Source: an uncultured Solirubrobacteraceae bacterium (GTDB taxonomy: Bacteria > Actinomycetota > Thermoleophilia > Solirubrobacterales > Solirubrobacteraceae). Taken from it: DNA of 64,000 bases. The notes beneath the pieces were generated by a model. It was not told where the DNA came from. It did not search any database and saw nothing but the letters and a program-made list of their open reading frames with translations. The translations under genes were made by a program, and so were the position numbers. Where the stretch lies: contig CAWCSS010000006.1 of the NCBI GenBank assembly GCA_963798325.1, positions 326,658 through 390,657 on the forward strand, given 5' to 3'. Of this stretch, positions 10,015 through 18,991 are shown piece by piece. Numbering within the stretch: the stretch's first letter is position 1; the number at the start of each line of letters is the position of its first letter.

Positions 10015-10287
10015 CTATCCCGAATGTCGGAGCAGGTAATCGATGTAGATCGGGCGGGCGGCGTCGAGCGCCTGGTCGTCGTGGCGGAGCACGTCCAGCA
10101 CCTGCCGGCTCCAGTGCGCGACCTCGTCGCGGCCCTGTACGACGTCGCCGTCGGCCGCCTCGGCGGCGGGCGTCTCGGACAGCAGGCTCCAGAAGAACTT
10201 GACGTCCAGGTGGCGTTCAGCGCGCTTGACGGCGCGGTCGTGCAACTCGCGCGAAGAGAGCGCGTCCAGCTCCTCGAAGGTGGTCAC
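10015..10287 (-). CDS. Small hypothetical protein
   Basis: 90 aa; GTGA start/stop overlap with the upstream EAL frame; GGAG upstream. Confidence 0.7.
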   Translation of the reverse strand: MTTFEELDALSSRELHDRAVKRAERHLDVKFFWSLLSETPAAEAADGDVVQGRDEVAHWSRQVLDVLRHDDQALDAARPIYIDYLLRHSG

Positions 10288-12279
10288 TCCGCGGAGGTTA
10301 TCCGGGGACCGGGCACACCGAATAAATAGCCCTGCGCGAGCCTGCAGCCGAGCTCGGCCAGCAGCGTCGCCTGGTCCTCATGCTCGACGCCCTCGGCGAT
10401 CGCGTCGATCCCCAGCGCGCCGGCCAGGGAGACGATCGCGGCCACGATCGCCGTGTCCCCGCGCGAGTTGCCGAGCACGCCGACGAACGAGCGATCGATC
10501 TTGACCGCGTGCACCGGCAGGTCGCGCAGCGACGAGTAGCCGGTCCCGAAGTCGTCCAGCGCGAGCCCGACGCCCATATCGCGCAGGGCCTCCAGGTTGC
10601 GCCGCGCGGATTTGGGCGCGCCCTGCAGCACGCGCTCCTTGAGCTCCAGCCGCAGGCGCTCGGCGGGCAGCCCGCTGGCGACCAGCACGTCCCGCACCAG
10701 CGCCGGGAGGTCGGGCTGGGCGAGCTGGCGCGACGCGAGGTTGACCGAGATGAACGGGCCGTCCTCGCGCCCGAAGGCGGCCGTGCTCTCGTGGCAGGCC
10801 TGCGCCAGCGTCCAGGCGCCGATCTCGACGATCAGCGCCGACTCCTCCGCGACCGGGATGAAGTCCGCGGGCGCGTTCATCACGCCGCCTGGCGAGTCCC
10901 AGCGCAGCAGCGCCTCGTGGCCGACCACCGTTCGGTCGCGCAAGCGACACGATCGGCTGGAACGCGAGCCGCAACTGCCCGAGCGACAGCGCCCGCTCCA
11001 GCGCGGCGGCGGTCCGCAGCCGCTCCCGCGCGTGGGCACGCAGCCGCGAGTCGAACACCTCCACCCGTCCGCGCCCCTCGGCCTTGGCACGGTAGGCGGC
11101 GGCGTCGGCGTCCGCGAGGAGCGAGTCCGGGTCGCGCCGTCCGGCGGCCCCCAACGCGATCCCGATCGACGCGCTCAGGCGATGCTCGGTTCCGTCGACG
11201 TCCAGCGGGTCGTGGATCGCCTCGGTGAGGCGATGACCGAGCGCGATCGCGGTGCGCTCGTCGATGTCCTCGCAGACGACCACGAACTCGTCCCCGCCGA
11301 GCCGGGCCACGGTGTCCGCGGGCCGGACGGTCGCCACCAGCCGCCGGCCGAGGCCGATCAGCAGCGCGTCGCCGGCCGCGTGGCCGTAGAGGTCATTGAT
11401 CGACTTGAACCCGTCGAGGTCGATGAACAGCACGCACGCCATGCCCGAATCGCGCCCGGTGCGCGCGAGCGCGTGGATCAACCGCTCACGGCACAGCGCG
11501 CGGTTGGCAAGGCCGGTGAGCGGGTCATGGAGCGCGTCGTAGCGCATCCGCTCCTCCCCGCGCAGCCGCCCGAGCGCGGTCGCGAGGACGTTCGCGATGC
11601 CGCGCAGGAAGTGCTCCTCCTCCTCGCCGAGGTCGCCCTCGACGCAGATCGAGCCGAAGACCTCGTCGCCGACGGCGATCTCGAAGCGGGTCGCCTCGTG
11701 GCCGTCCGAGCCCCACGAGGCGAGCGTCACGCCGTCGTGGAGCACGGCAACATGGCCGAGCGTGAGCGTCTCGCTCATCCGCTCGACCGCCTCCAGCGCC
11801 AGGTCGGCGACGTCCGCGCCGGCCAGCGCGCGGGCGCCCAGCGCCGCCACCGCGGCCTGCTGGCTCGACTGGCGTTGCAGGCGCGTCATCGCCTCGCGGT
11901 AGGAGGTCATGTCGCGCCCGATGGCCAGCAGCAGCGGCCCGGCCTCGGTCTCGACGATCCCCCAGCTCATCTCGCCGACGAACTCCGACCCGTCGCGCCG
12001 CAGGCCGTCCGCACGGATGGTGAAGCGCAGCGGATGCTCGGTCTCGAAGTACAGGTGCATGTTGCGCGTGTAGCGCGCCCTGACGCTCTCCGGCCAGAGG
12101 GTCTGGACCGGCTGACCGATCAACTCGTCGTGTTCGTATCCGAACAACGTCTCCGCCAGCGCATTGGCGAACACGATCCGCCCGTCCCGCCCGGCGGCGA
12201 CCGTCGCGTCGGGCAGGCCCTCGAGCACGGCGCGCAACGCGGCCTCGCGCCGGCGCAGGCGCGCCTGCACCTGCGTCAT
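10284..12279 (-). pseudogene. PAS-GAF-GGDEF-EAL protein with one frameshift near 10940 (possibly a sequencing error)
   Basis: PAS, HDPLTGLANR and ARLGGDEF in the first frame up to FQPIVSL; HEALLRW, DDFGTGYSS, KIDRSFV, AEGVE and QGYLF continue in a second frame. Confidence 0.85.
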
Positions 12280-12648
12280 GTCCTCGGCTTCGACGCCGAC
12301 GGGCGCAAGGAGCAGCGCCTCGAGCGGGCTCGGATCCCGATTGGTGTGTGCGTCCTGGCCCAGCTTGATGAGAGCCTATTCCCGCTGAGGTCTGTAGAGC
12401 AATCCTTTCTTGAAACCGGTCTCATGCTGGGTGTGCGTCGCCGCGCGGTCGCGGCCGCGCTGTTCGCACGAATACATCGCCACGGCGCCGGGCGCACCAC
12501 GCGGCCGATGGGATCGGCGAGGACGACGTGGAGTGGCTGATGCGGTGATGCGGGCGCGAGAGCCGGTTAGGGCCCGTTCGGCCGCGATCGGCCGGAAGGG
12601 GGCCGGCGGATCGCGGAGTCAGGAACGGGCGTGCTCGTCAAGCGCGAG

Positions 12649-12674
12649 GACCTCGGCGCGGTGCGGCCGAGGTC
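12649..12674 (-). terminator. Hairpin downstream of the MGFKF micro-ORF
   Basis: Perfect 9-bp inverted repeat GACCTCGGC/GCCGAGGTC, about 25 nt after the stop. Confidence 0.55.
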
Positions 12675-12698
12675 GGCGGTGCGTTGGTCTCGCAGAAA

Positions 12699-12716
12699 CT
12701 AGAACTTGAAGCCCAT
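12699..12716 (-). CDS. Candidate micro-peptide MGFKF
   Basis: Minus strand reads cacGGAGTGaccgac ATG GGC TTC AAG TTC TAG; Shine-Dalgarno at usable spacing; hairpin downstream. Confidence 0.55.
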   Translation of the reverse strand: MGFKF

Positions 12717-12802
12717 GTCGGTCACTCCGTGAGGGTTGGGACGCCGCATCCTTTGGCGCCATTTGCAGGAAGTTTGTGGTCAGAACCGCGACCTTGATCT
12801 CT

Positions 12803-12830
12803 ACATCGGTACGCGCTATGGCGAACATAA
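12803..12830 (-). promoter_or_regulatory. Possible sigma28/WhiG-type promoter upstream of the micro-ORF
   Basis: TTATG-N15-ACCGATGT on the minus strand versus consensus TAAA-N15-GCCGATAA. Confidence 0.3.
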
Positions 12831-12845
12831 GCCGGTTAGGCGCGA

Positions 12846-14183
12846 TTACCTCGTTCGGGGGAGGGGCTGGGCGTGTGCGTGCACCCGCTGCCCGAAACTC
12901 AGCTCGGCCTCGAAATCGGCGTCGTCGGCGTGGGCGAAGGAGACGTCGCCGGCGCTCAGCAGCCGCACGAAGGTCTGGACGATCTCCGGGTCCAGCTGTG
13001 CGCCCGCGACGCGGTGCAGCTCCGCGATCGCCGCCTCGCTGGTGAGCGGCTTGCGGTAGGAGTCGCGGGCGGTGATGACGTCGTAGGTGTCGGCCACGGC
13101 GAGCACCCGGGCGGCGCGCGGGATCGCTTCGCCGGCCAGGCCGCGCGGGTAGCCGGCGCCGTCCCAGCGCTCGTGATGGGCGTGCACGATCTCCGCCACC
13201 GGCCCGTAGCCGTCCAGGCGGCGGACGATCCGCGCGCCGTCCTCCGGGTGGCGCTTGACCTGCTTCCATTGCTCGTCGGTCAGGCGAGAATCGGCGAGCA
13301 GGATGCTGTCCGGGAAGGCGAACTTGCCGATGTCGTGCAGCAGCCCGGCCGTGTGGACGAGCTCCTGCTCCTCCGGCGGCCAGCCGAGGGCGCGGGCCAT
13401 GGCGCGGGCGTAGCGGGCGACGGCGGCGCTGTGGCGGGCGGTCATGCGGTCGCGCAGCGCGAGCGTCTCGATCATCGAGACGAGCACGCCCAGCTGCAGC
13501 CCGGCCAGTCGCTCGGCGCGCTCGCGGGAGAGCAGCAGCTCGCGCAGCAGGAACTGGAAGGTCAGCAGCACGAGCAGCATCAGCGCGATCGCGGCAACGC
13601 CGGTGCGCACGTAGAAGGCGGCGACCAGCGCGCACAGCACGGCGCTGAGCACCTCGCTGGGCAGCACCGGCAGGAAGATCTTCCTGAACGCGCCCAGCAG
13701 CGATGTGCGCGTGGCGATCGCCTGGTGACCGCCGATCATCGCGAAGTTCAGGACGTTGGTCACCATGAAGACGCCGAACACCAGCAGCGGGAACGCGGCC
13801 GACTTGACGTCCGGGTCGGCCCACTGGATGAGCAGCCCGCCGACGAGCGGGAAGGTGGCGAACGCGGCGAGATTGGCCAACAGCAGCGGCAGCGGGTTGC
13901 GCGCCCGCACATGGTCGAAGAGCACCGACGCGATCCCGATCGCCGTGGCCGGCGCCGGCCCGAGCAGCGCCATCGCCAGCACCAGCGCGAGGAAGCTGCC
14001 GCTGATGCGCTGGCCGCCGTAGCTGACCGCGAACCAATCGGTGGCCAGGGCGAGCGCCAGCAGGACGACGACCAGCGCCCACGGGTCCCAGTCCGCGGTC
14101 GTCGAAGTGAGCGCCGCGACGGTGATCGCGCACGCCAGCAGGAGGCCCTCTACGGCGGCCAGGAATGTCGAGCGGGTCGACAT
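12846..14183 (-). CDS. Membrane-sensor HD-GYP c-di-GMP phosphodiesterase
   Basis: N-terminal multi-TM region of about 240 aa; HS, LLHDIGK, HHERWDGAGYP and VADTYD motifs; start placed at MSTRST. Confidence 0.9.
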   Translation of the reverse strand: MSTRSTFLAAVEGLLLACAITVAALTSTTADWDPWALVVVLLALALATDWFAVSYGGQRISGSFLALVLAMALLGPAPATAIGIASVLFDHVRARNPLPLLLANLAAFATFPLVGGLLIQWADPDVKSAAFPLLVFGVFMVTNVLNFAMIGGHQAIATRTSLLGAFRKIFLPVLPSEVLSAVLCALVAAFYVRTGVAAIALMLLVLLTFQFLLRELLLSRERAERLAGLQLGVLVSMIETLALRDRMTARHSAAVARYARAMARALGWPPEEQELVHTAGLLHDIGKFAFPDSILLADSRLTDEQWKQVKRHPEDGARIVRRLDGYGPVAEIVHAHHERWDGAGYPRGLAGEAIPRAARVLAVADTYDVITARDSYRKPLTSEAAIAELHRVAGAQLDPEIVQTFVRLLSAGDVSFAHADDADFEAELSFGQRVHAHAQPLPRTR

Positions 14184-14205
14184 CGAAGTCACAGGGTAAA
14201 GCCGT

Positions 14206-15306
14206 CTAGCCCTGCAGGTGACGCCGCTGCAGGGCCCAGTAGAGCTCGACGACGGTGCGCGGGTCGCGCAGGGAGGCGCCCGTGGCCTCCTCGAAGCGGC
14301 GCAGACGGTGCCGGAGCGTGTTGGCGTGCACATGCAGAGCGCGTGCAGTGTCCTCGATCCGCATGCCCTGGTCGAGGAACGTGCTCAGCGTGTCCTCGAA
14401 GTCCATACCCAAGCCTTCCAGCGGCGCGAGGTGGCGTCGCGCGAAGGCGTCGCCGAGCGCTTCGTCGGCGAGGATCGCCGGGCGGATCGAGAGGTCGGCG
14501 AGCGAGAACGCGCCCGTCTCGCCGAACGCGAGCGCGGTCTGCAGCGCGCGCGAGGCGCGGGCGAACCCGGTGGGCAGCCGGTCGAGTCGAGCGGGTGTAT
14601 CGAAGCCGACGGTCACGTCCGGCGGCGCGGTCGGCGAGGCGACGGCGAGCCCCGCGACGTCGCGGTCGAGCGTGATGAACAGCCCGCCCGGGCCGGCGAG
14701 CGCGTGCGCGGCGCGATGCGTCGCTCCGCGGGCGCGGAACGCGAGGTACGCGCGCTCGGGATCGAGGCCGAAGGTCGCACACTGGCGGCGCAGCTCGTCC
14801 GGGCCGAGCGTCCCGGTCAGCAGCGCGAGCACGAACGCGTCACGGCGCTGCTGCTCCTCGCGAGCGTGCTCGAGCTCGACCTCGCGGTGCGCGGCGGCCA
14901 CGACGTCCATCACCGCGTCGCCCCAGTGCCACAGCGTCTCGCTGAACGCCAGCACGGTGCCGACGTCGGCGCCCTGGCCACGCGCGAGCTCGCCGAAGCG
15001 CGACCAGACCGCGGTGATCGAGATCCGATAGGCGTGCAGGACGGCGTCCACGGTCACGCCCTGCTCGGCGCGCTCGCGGCCGACGGCGGCGGCGCGGGCG
15101 AGTTCCTCGGACGTGGGGTCGCGCAGCTCGCGCAGGGCGTCGAGCGCGCGGGACACGTTCCCGCGGACCGCGCCGCCCAGTGCCTCCGAGGGGAGCCGCC
15201 GGAAGTCCGGGATCTCCTCGCGGATGCGCTCGCCGATGGTCGCCACGACCGCATCGAGCTCCTCCTCGATCTGTGCCACGAGGGTCGCGACCACGGCAAC
15301 GGCCAT
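14206..15306 (-). CDS. PucR/CdaR-family transcriptional regulator
   Basis: RsbRD-like N-terminus; C-terminal HTH TARALHVHANTLRHRL. Confidence 0.88.
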   Translation of the reverse strand: MAVAVVATLVAQIEEELDAVVATIGERIREEIPDFRRLPSEALGGAVRGNVSRALDALRELRDPTSEELARAAAVGRERAEQGVTVDAVLHAYRISITAVWSRFGELARGQGADVGTVLAFSETLWHWGDAVMDVVAAAHREVELEHAREEQQRRDAFVLALLTGTLGPDELRRQCATFGLDPERAYLAFRARGATHRAAHALAGPGGLFITLDRDVAGLAVASPTAPPDVTVGFDTPARLDRLPTGFARASRALQTALAFGETGAFSLADLSIRPAILADEALGDAFARRHLAPLEGLGMDFEDTLSTFLDQGMRIEDTARALHVHANTLRHRLRRFEEATGASLRDPRTVVELYWALQRRHLQG

Positions 15307-15316
15307 GTCCAGGACA

Positions 15317-16597
15317 CTAACGCCGGTCGATGGCGATGGTCACATCGGTGAGCACAGCGCCGTCGTCGGTGCGGATGACGACCTCGGGGTAGGTCGCCCC
15401 CTGGCTGCGCAGGCGCCGGGCGAGCGCCGCGTAGCCGCCCGCCGTGAGCGGTACGGCGAACGTCTTCGTGCGCCCGGCGGCGAGCGAGAAGCGGCGCGCG
15501 CGGCTGAGGCCGGGGAGGCGGATCGTGCCGCCGCAGTTGGTCGGTGCGGCGACACAGCGGATGCGTACCCGCGCCGAGCGGGCCAGCGTCTGCTCGGGCT
15601 GAGAGGTGGTGGCGAGCTCGCTGCGCGGGCACGGTCCCGGGCCCGGCGCGGCGTGCGAGTCGTCCTCGAGGGAGGCGGTGAGCAGGCAGCCGTTGGCCAC
15701 CCAGAACGCGCGCTGCCCGTCGGTGGCGAGCCGGACGCCGGTGCGGGTCGGCGGCCCGAGGCGCCGCGTCGCGCCGCCGGGCTCGATCACGTGGACGCCG
15801 TCCTCGCCGGTCCACAGGACGCGGTCGCCCGCGAACGCGACGTCGGCTGACGCCTCGACGAGCGAGCGTGGCGCGGCGCCGGGCCTCCACAGCGTGATCG
15901 GACTGCCGCGGGTGAGCACCGTCCCGTCGGCGCGCAGCGCGCCGATCTCGGCGGTGTACTCGAGGTCGACGGTCCCGAGCGGCTCGCCCGTGCGCCAGTT
16001 CTTGAGCACGATCCGGCGGTGCGCGCCCTCGTCCCGCTCTCCCGGCCGGGAGGCCGCGTAGGCCACGAGGTCGCCGGCGAATTGCGCGCGCAGCGCGTCA
16101 GTGGGCGAGTAGAACGGGACATCGTGGGGCTCGGGGTCGCGCACGGTCACGCCGGCGTTCGCGAACGAGCCGCGCAGCTCGTAACTGAACAGCCGGTCGC
16201 CGTCGAGTTGCACGCGGAACACGTTCGTGGCCTCGAACAGCCGGGTGGGCGGGCCGAGCGCGGTCCACGGCGCGCCGAGCGGGCCGGTGAACGCCTGCGT
16301 GAGGATCGATTCGTTGGTCTCGGCGGCGACGGCGACGGCAACCTGCCGGCCCGAGGCGGACAGCTGGAGGTTGGCCGCCGTGTTGGCGGGCGCGGTGTAG
16401 GCGAACTCCCGCTTGCGCGGCCCGCCGGCGAGCGGCACCGAGTACACCCGCGCGACGCGTCCCTGGATCTCGGTGAACACGACGCTGTCGCCCGCGAGCG
16501 CGATCTCCGCGCCGGGGGTGACGCGGGCGAGCGGCGTCACGTCGGCGTGCGCGGTCGCGGGGAAGGCGAGCAGCGCGAGGGCGAGCAGGCGCTTCAC
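15317..16597 (-). CDS. Secreted hypothetical protein (beta-rich), paralog of the upstream gene
   Basis: GTG start overlapping the upstream TGA; signal peptide KRLLALALLAFPATAHA; shares NWRTGE, GPCPRSEL and CVA..C. Confidence 0.75.
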   Translation of the reverse strand: MKRLLALALLAFPATAHADVTPLARVTPGAEIALAGDSVVFTEIQGRVARVYSVPLAGGPRKREFAYTAPANTAANLQLSASGRQVAVAVAAETNESILTQAFTGPLGAPWTALGPPTRLFEATNVFRVQLDGDRLFSYELRGSFANAGVTVRDPEPHDVPFYSPTDALRAQFAGDLVAYAASRPGERDEGAHRRIVLKNWRTGEPLGTVDLEYTAEIGALRADGTVLTRGSPITLWRPGAAPRSLVEASADVAFAGDRVLWTGEDGVHVIEPGGATRRLGPPTRTGVRLATDGQRAFWVANGCLLTASLEDDSHAAPGPGPCPRSELATTSQPEQTLARSARVRIRCVAAPTNCGGTIRLPGLSRARRFSLAAGRTKTFAVPLTAGGYAALARRLRSQGATYPEVVIRTDDGAVLTDVTIAIDRR

Positions 16598-17784
16598 GGG
16601 GCGCCGACCGCCGGCCCGGCGTCGAGCTTCACGCGCTGGGAGCCGAAGCGCAGCTCGGCGTCCAGGTGCGCGACGCGCCCGCGAGTCGTGGCGCGGAGCA
16701 GGCGCTTCAGTCCGTCGGCGGTGAGGCGAATGCACACGCGCCGCGTCTTGCCGGAGGGGACCTCCACCGGCCGCCACGTGCTCACTCGGGTCGAGCCGAG
16801 CGTGAGCCGCACCTGCGCCCGGCAGCGGGGCGGGCCGGCCACGCACGTCATGGGCGCCGTCAGCGTCCGCGCGGGCCGCGCGTTGCGGTTGGACTGGGCG
16901 AACTCCAGCTCCGAGCGCGGGCATGGGCCGGCGCCGGCGTCGGTCGCCAGGACGTCCGTCACCGGGGCCAGCAGCAGGCAGTCGTTGGCCGTGAACAGCA
17001 CGCGGGTGTCGTCGGTCGTGAACTGGCCCTGGCGGTGGGTGCGGACGCCGAACGCGCGGATCGGCCCGCCCGGCTCGATCACCTTCATCTCGGTCGCGCG
17101 GGCGAAGACGACTCGGTCGCCGGCGAAGCGCGCGCCGGGGTCCGCGAACGCGAGGAAGCGCGGCTCGGCGCCGGGGGCGATGTCGTACAGGGTGCCGACG
17201 GCGATCACCGCGATCGCGTGGCCGTCGGGACGCAGGTCGAGCGAGAGGATCTCATCCGGCAGGTCGACTGACCGAAGCACCTCGCCGGTGCGCCAGTTCT
17301 GGATCACGAGCCGGCGATGGGGGAAGTTCGGATCGCGGTCCGCCCACGTCGTGGGGACGGCCATCAGGTCGCCGGCGAAGCGCACGAGCTCCGGCGCCGC
17401 GCGCGCGGGGAGCACGATCGGCCTCGGGTCCGGATCGTACGCCGTGGCGCCCGTCTCGGTGATCGTGAACAGGCGTTCGCCGTCGAACTGCACGAGGGCG
17501 GGAGCGGCGAACGTCCGCGCCGGTGGGCCGGTCACGACCTCGGTCGTCGTCGCGACCGCGAACCGCGTCGGCGAGGCGGTGAGCCCGACGATCTCGTCGT
17601 TGGTCTTGAACACGACGCGCGTCGGCGCGGCGGCGAGCACGCCGCCGGGTCCGGCCGCGTAGGCGGATGGACCGCCGAGCGCGAAGTGCGTGTACCCCTC
17701 GACGTAGGCCAGCGGCCTCGGTGCGGCGTCGGCCTGAGCGCTGAAGGCGAGGGCGAGCAGTGAGGCGAGGACGAGGCCGCGCAC
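16594..17784 (-). CDS. Secreted hypothetical protein (beta-rich)
   Basis: Signal peptide ...FSAQADA; same motifs as the downstream paralog. Confidence 0.75.
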   Translation of the reverse strand: MRGLVLASLLALAFSAQADAAPRPLAYVEGYTHFALGGPSAYAAGPGGVLAAAPTRVVFKTNDEIVGLTASPTRFAVATTTEVVTGPPARTFAAPALVQFDGERLFTITETGATAYDPDPRPIVLPARAAPELVRFAGDLMAVPTTWADRDPNFPHRRLVIQNWRTGEVLRSVDLPDEILSLDLRPDGHAIAVIAVGTLYDIAPGAEPRFLAFADPGARFAGDRVVFARATEMKVIEPGGPIRAFGVRTHRQGQFTTDDTRVLFTANDCLLLAPVTDVLATDAGAGPCPRSELEFAQSNRNARPARTLTAPMTCVAGPPRCRAQVRLTLGSTRVSTWRPVEVPSGKTRRVCIRLTADGLKRLLRATTRGRVAHLDAELRFGSQRVKLDAGPAVGAP

Positions 17785-17934
17785 GATGCGCGCAGCCTAT
17801 CCCGAGACGTCGATGCCGCCGACGTGCTTCGTCGCCGGTGCGGATCACGACGCCGGAGTAGCCGGCGCCGCGGGCACCCGCCGGACACCCGAGCTGCTCC
17901 GGAGGCGGCGCATCGCCCCTGTGCGGGGGCGGGT

Positions 17935-18786
17935 CTACGCGGCCAGTTCGGGGCGCCCGTGGCCGGCGGGCGTGACCAGCGCGGAGACCGCCACCAGGGC
18001 GAAGGCGGCGAGCTGGACGGCGAGCAGGACGCCGCCCGCGAGCGCGTCGCCGAAGACGACGATGCCGCCGGTGATCACCGTGATGTTGGCCGCGGTGGAG
18101 GTGCAGGCGATGACGGGCACGGCGTCGCCTTCCTGGAAGCCGCGGGCGGAGGCGAGGAACGCGAGGAGGCTGGCGAGGATCGCGGCGGGCAGCCACGGCG
18201 AGGTGAGCACGGCGAGCGGGCCGTCGACGGTGGTCAGCGCCTTGATGGCGACGTCGCCCATCCCGAAGAGCGTGCCGGCGGCGGCGCCGAGCAGGGCGCC
18301 GTGATGGTGGGCGGGGGTGCCGAACCTCGGGGCGGCGATCAGCAGGATGCCGAGGGCGAGCATCCCGGCCAGGAAGGCGATCAGCGCGGGGGTCGCGTAA
18401 CCGGTGTGGTGGGCGCTGGCCGGGAGCGTCAGCACGAGGGCGGCCAGACCGACGGCGGTCATGACCACGCCGATCCACTGGCGCAGGCCGACCTCGCAGC
18501 CGAACAGGCGCTGGCCCATCACGGCGAGCATCACGACGCCGGTGGAGAGCGCGACCTGCACCACCGACAGCGGCGCGAACGCCAGTGCGGCCACGTGCAG
18601 CCCGAACGCGCCGGCGCCGACGCCCCAGCCGATCAAAAACCAGCGCGACCGAAACAGCGCCCGGGCGCTGTGCAGCGGGCGCGTCAGGTCGACGCGCGGG
18701 GCGCTCGCGGCGCCGCGGTGCTTGCACAGGAATCCGAGTTGCGTGACGGCCGCGCAGACCAGCGCGAGCCCGATGCCGATGTTCAA
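17935..18786 (-). CDS. DMT-superfamily membrane transporter
   Basis: About 9 TM helices; ALAFAPLSVVQ motif. Confidence 0.75.
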   Translation of the reverse strand: MNIGIGLALVCAAVTQLGFLCKHRGAASAPRVDLTRPLHSARALFRSRWFLIGWGVGAGAFGLHVAALAFAPLSVVQVALSTGVVMLAVMGQRLFGCEVGLRQWIGVVMTAVGLAALVLTLPASAHHTGYATPALIAFLAGMLALGILLIAAPRFGTPAHHHGALLGAAAGTLFGMGDVAIKALTTVDGPLAVLTSPWLPAAILASLLAFLASARGFQEGDAVPVIACTSTAANITVITGGIVVFGDALAGGVLLAVQLAAFALVAVSALVTPAGHGRPELAA

Positions 18787-18991
18787 GTCCTCAAACCTCT
18801 CTCCGTTGCCCTGCCTACAGGGTCGCGGGTGCGGGGCCGAGCGTCATCGGCCGTTCGGACAACGTTTCCAGGCGGCGGTTGTCCGTTCCCACAACGGGGG
18901 GCTAGCCGCACCGGGCCCGGGGGGCCTCAACAGGCCAAGACGCGTGAAGGCCCCCGCGCGCCGGGGCCGATCTGGGCCGAAACTGCCATCC

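Noticed and set aside
12276-12500. 74-aa ORF upstream of the GGDEF-EAL gene
   Set aside because: Atypical composition and codon usage; better explained as non-coding leader
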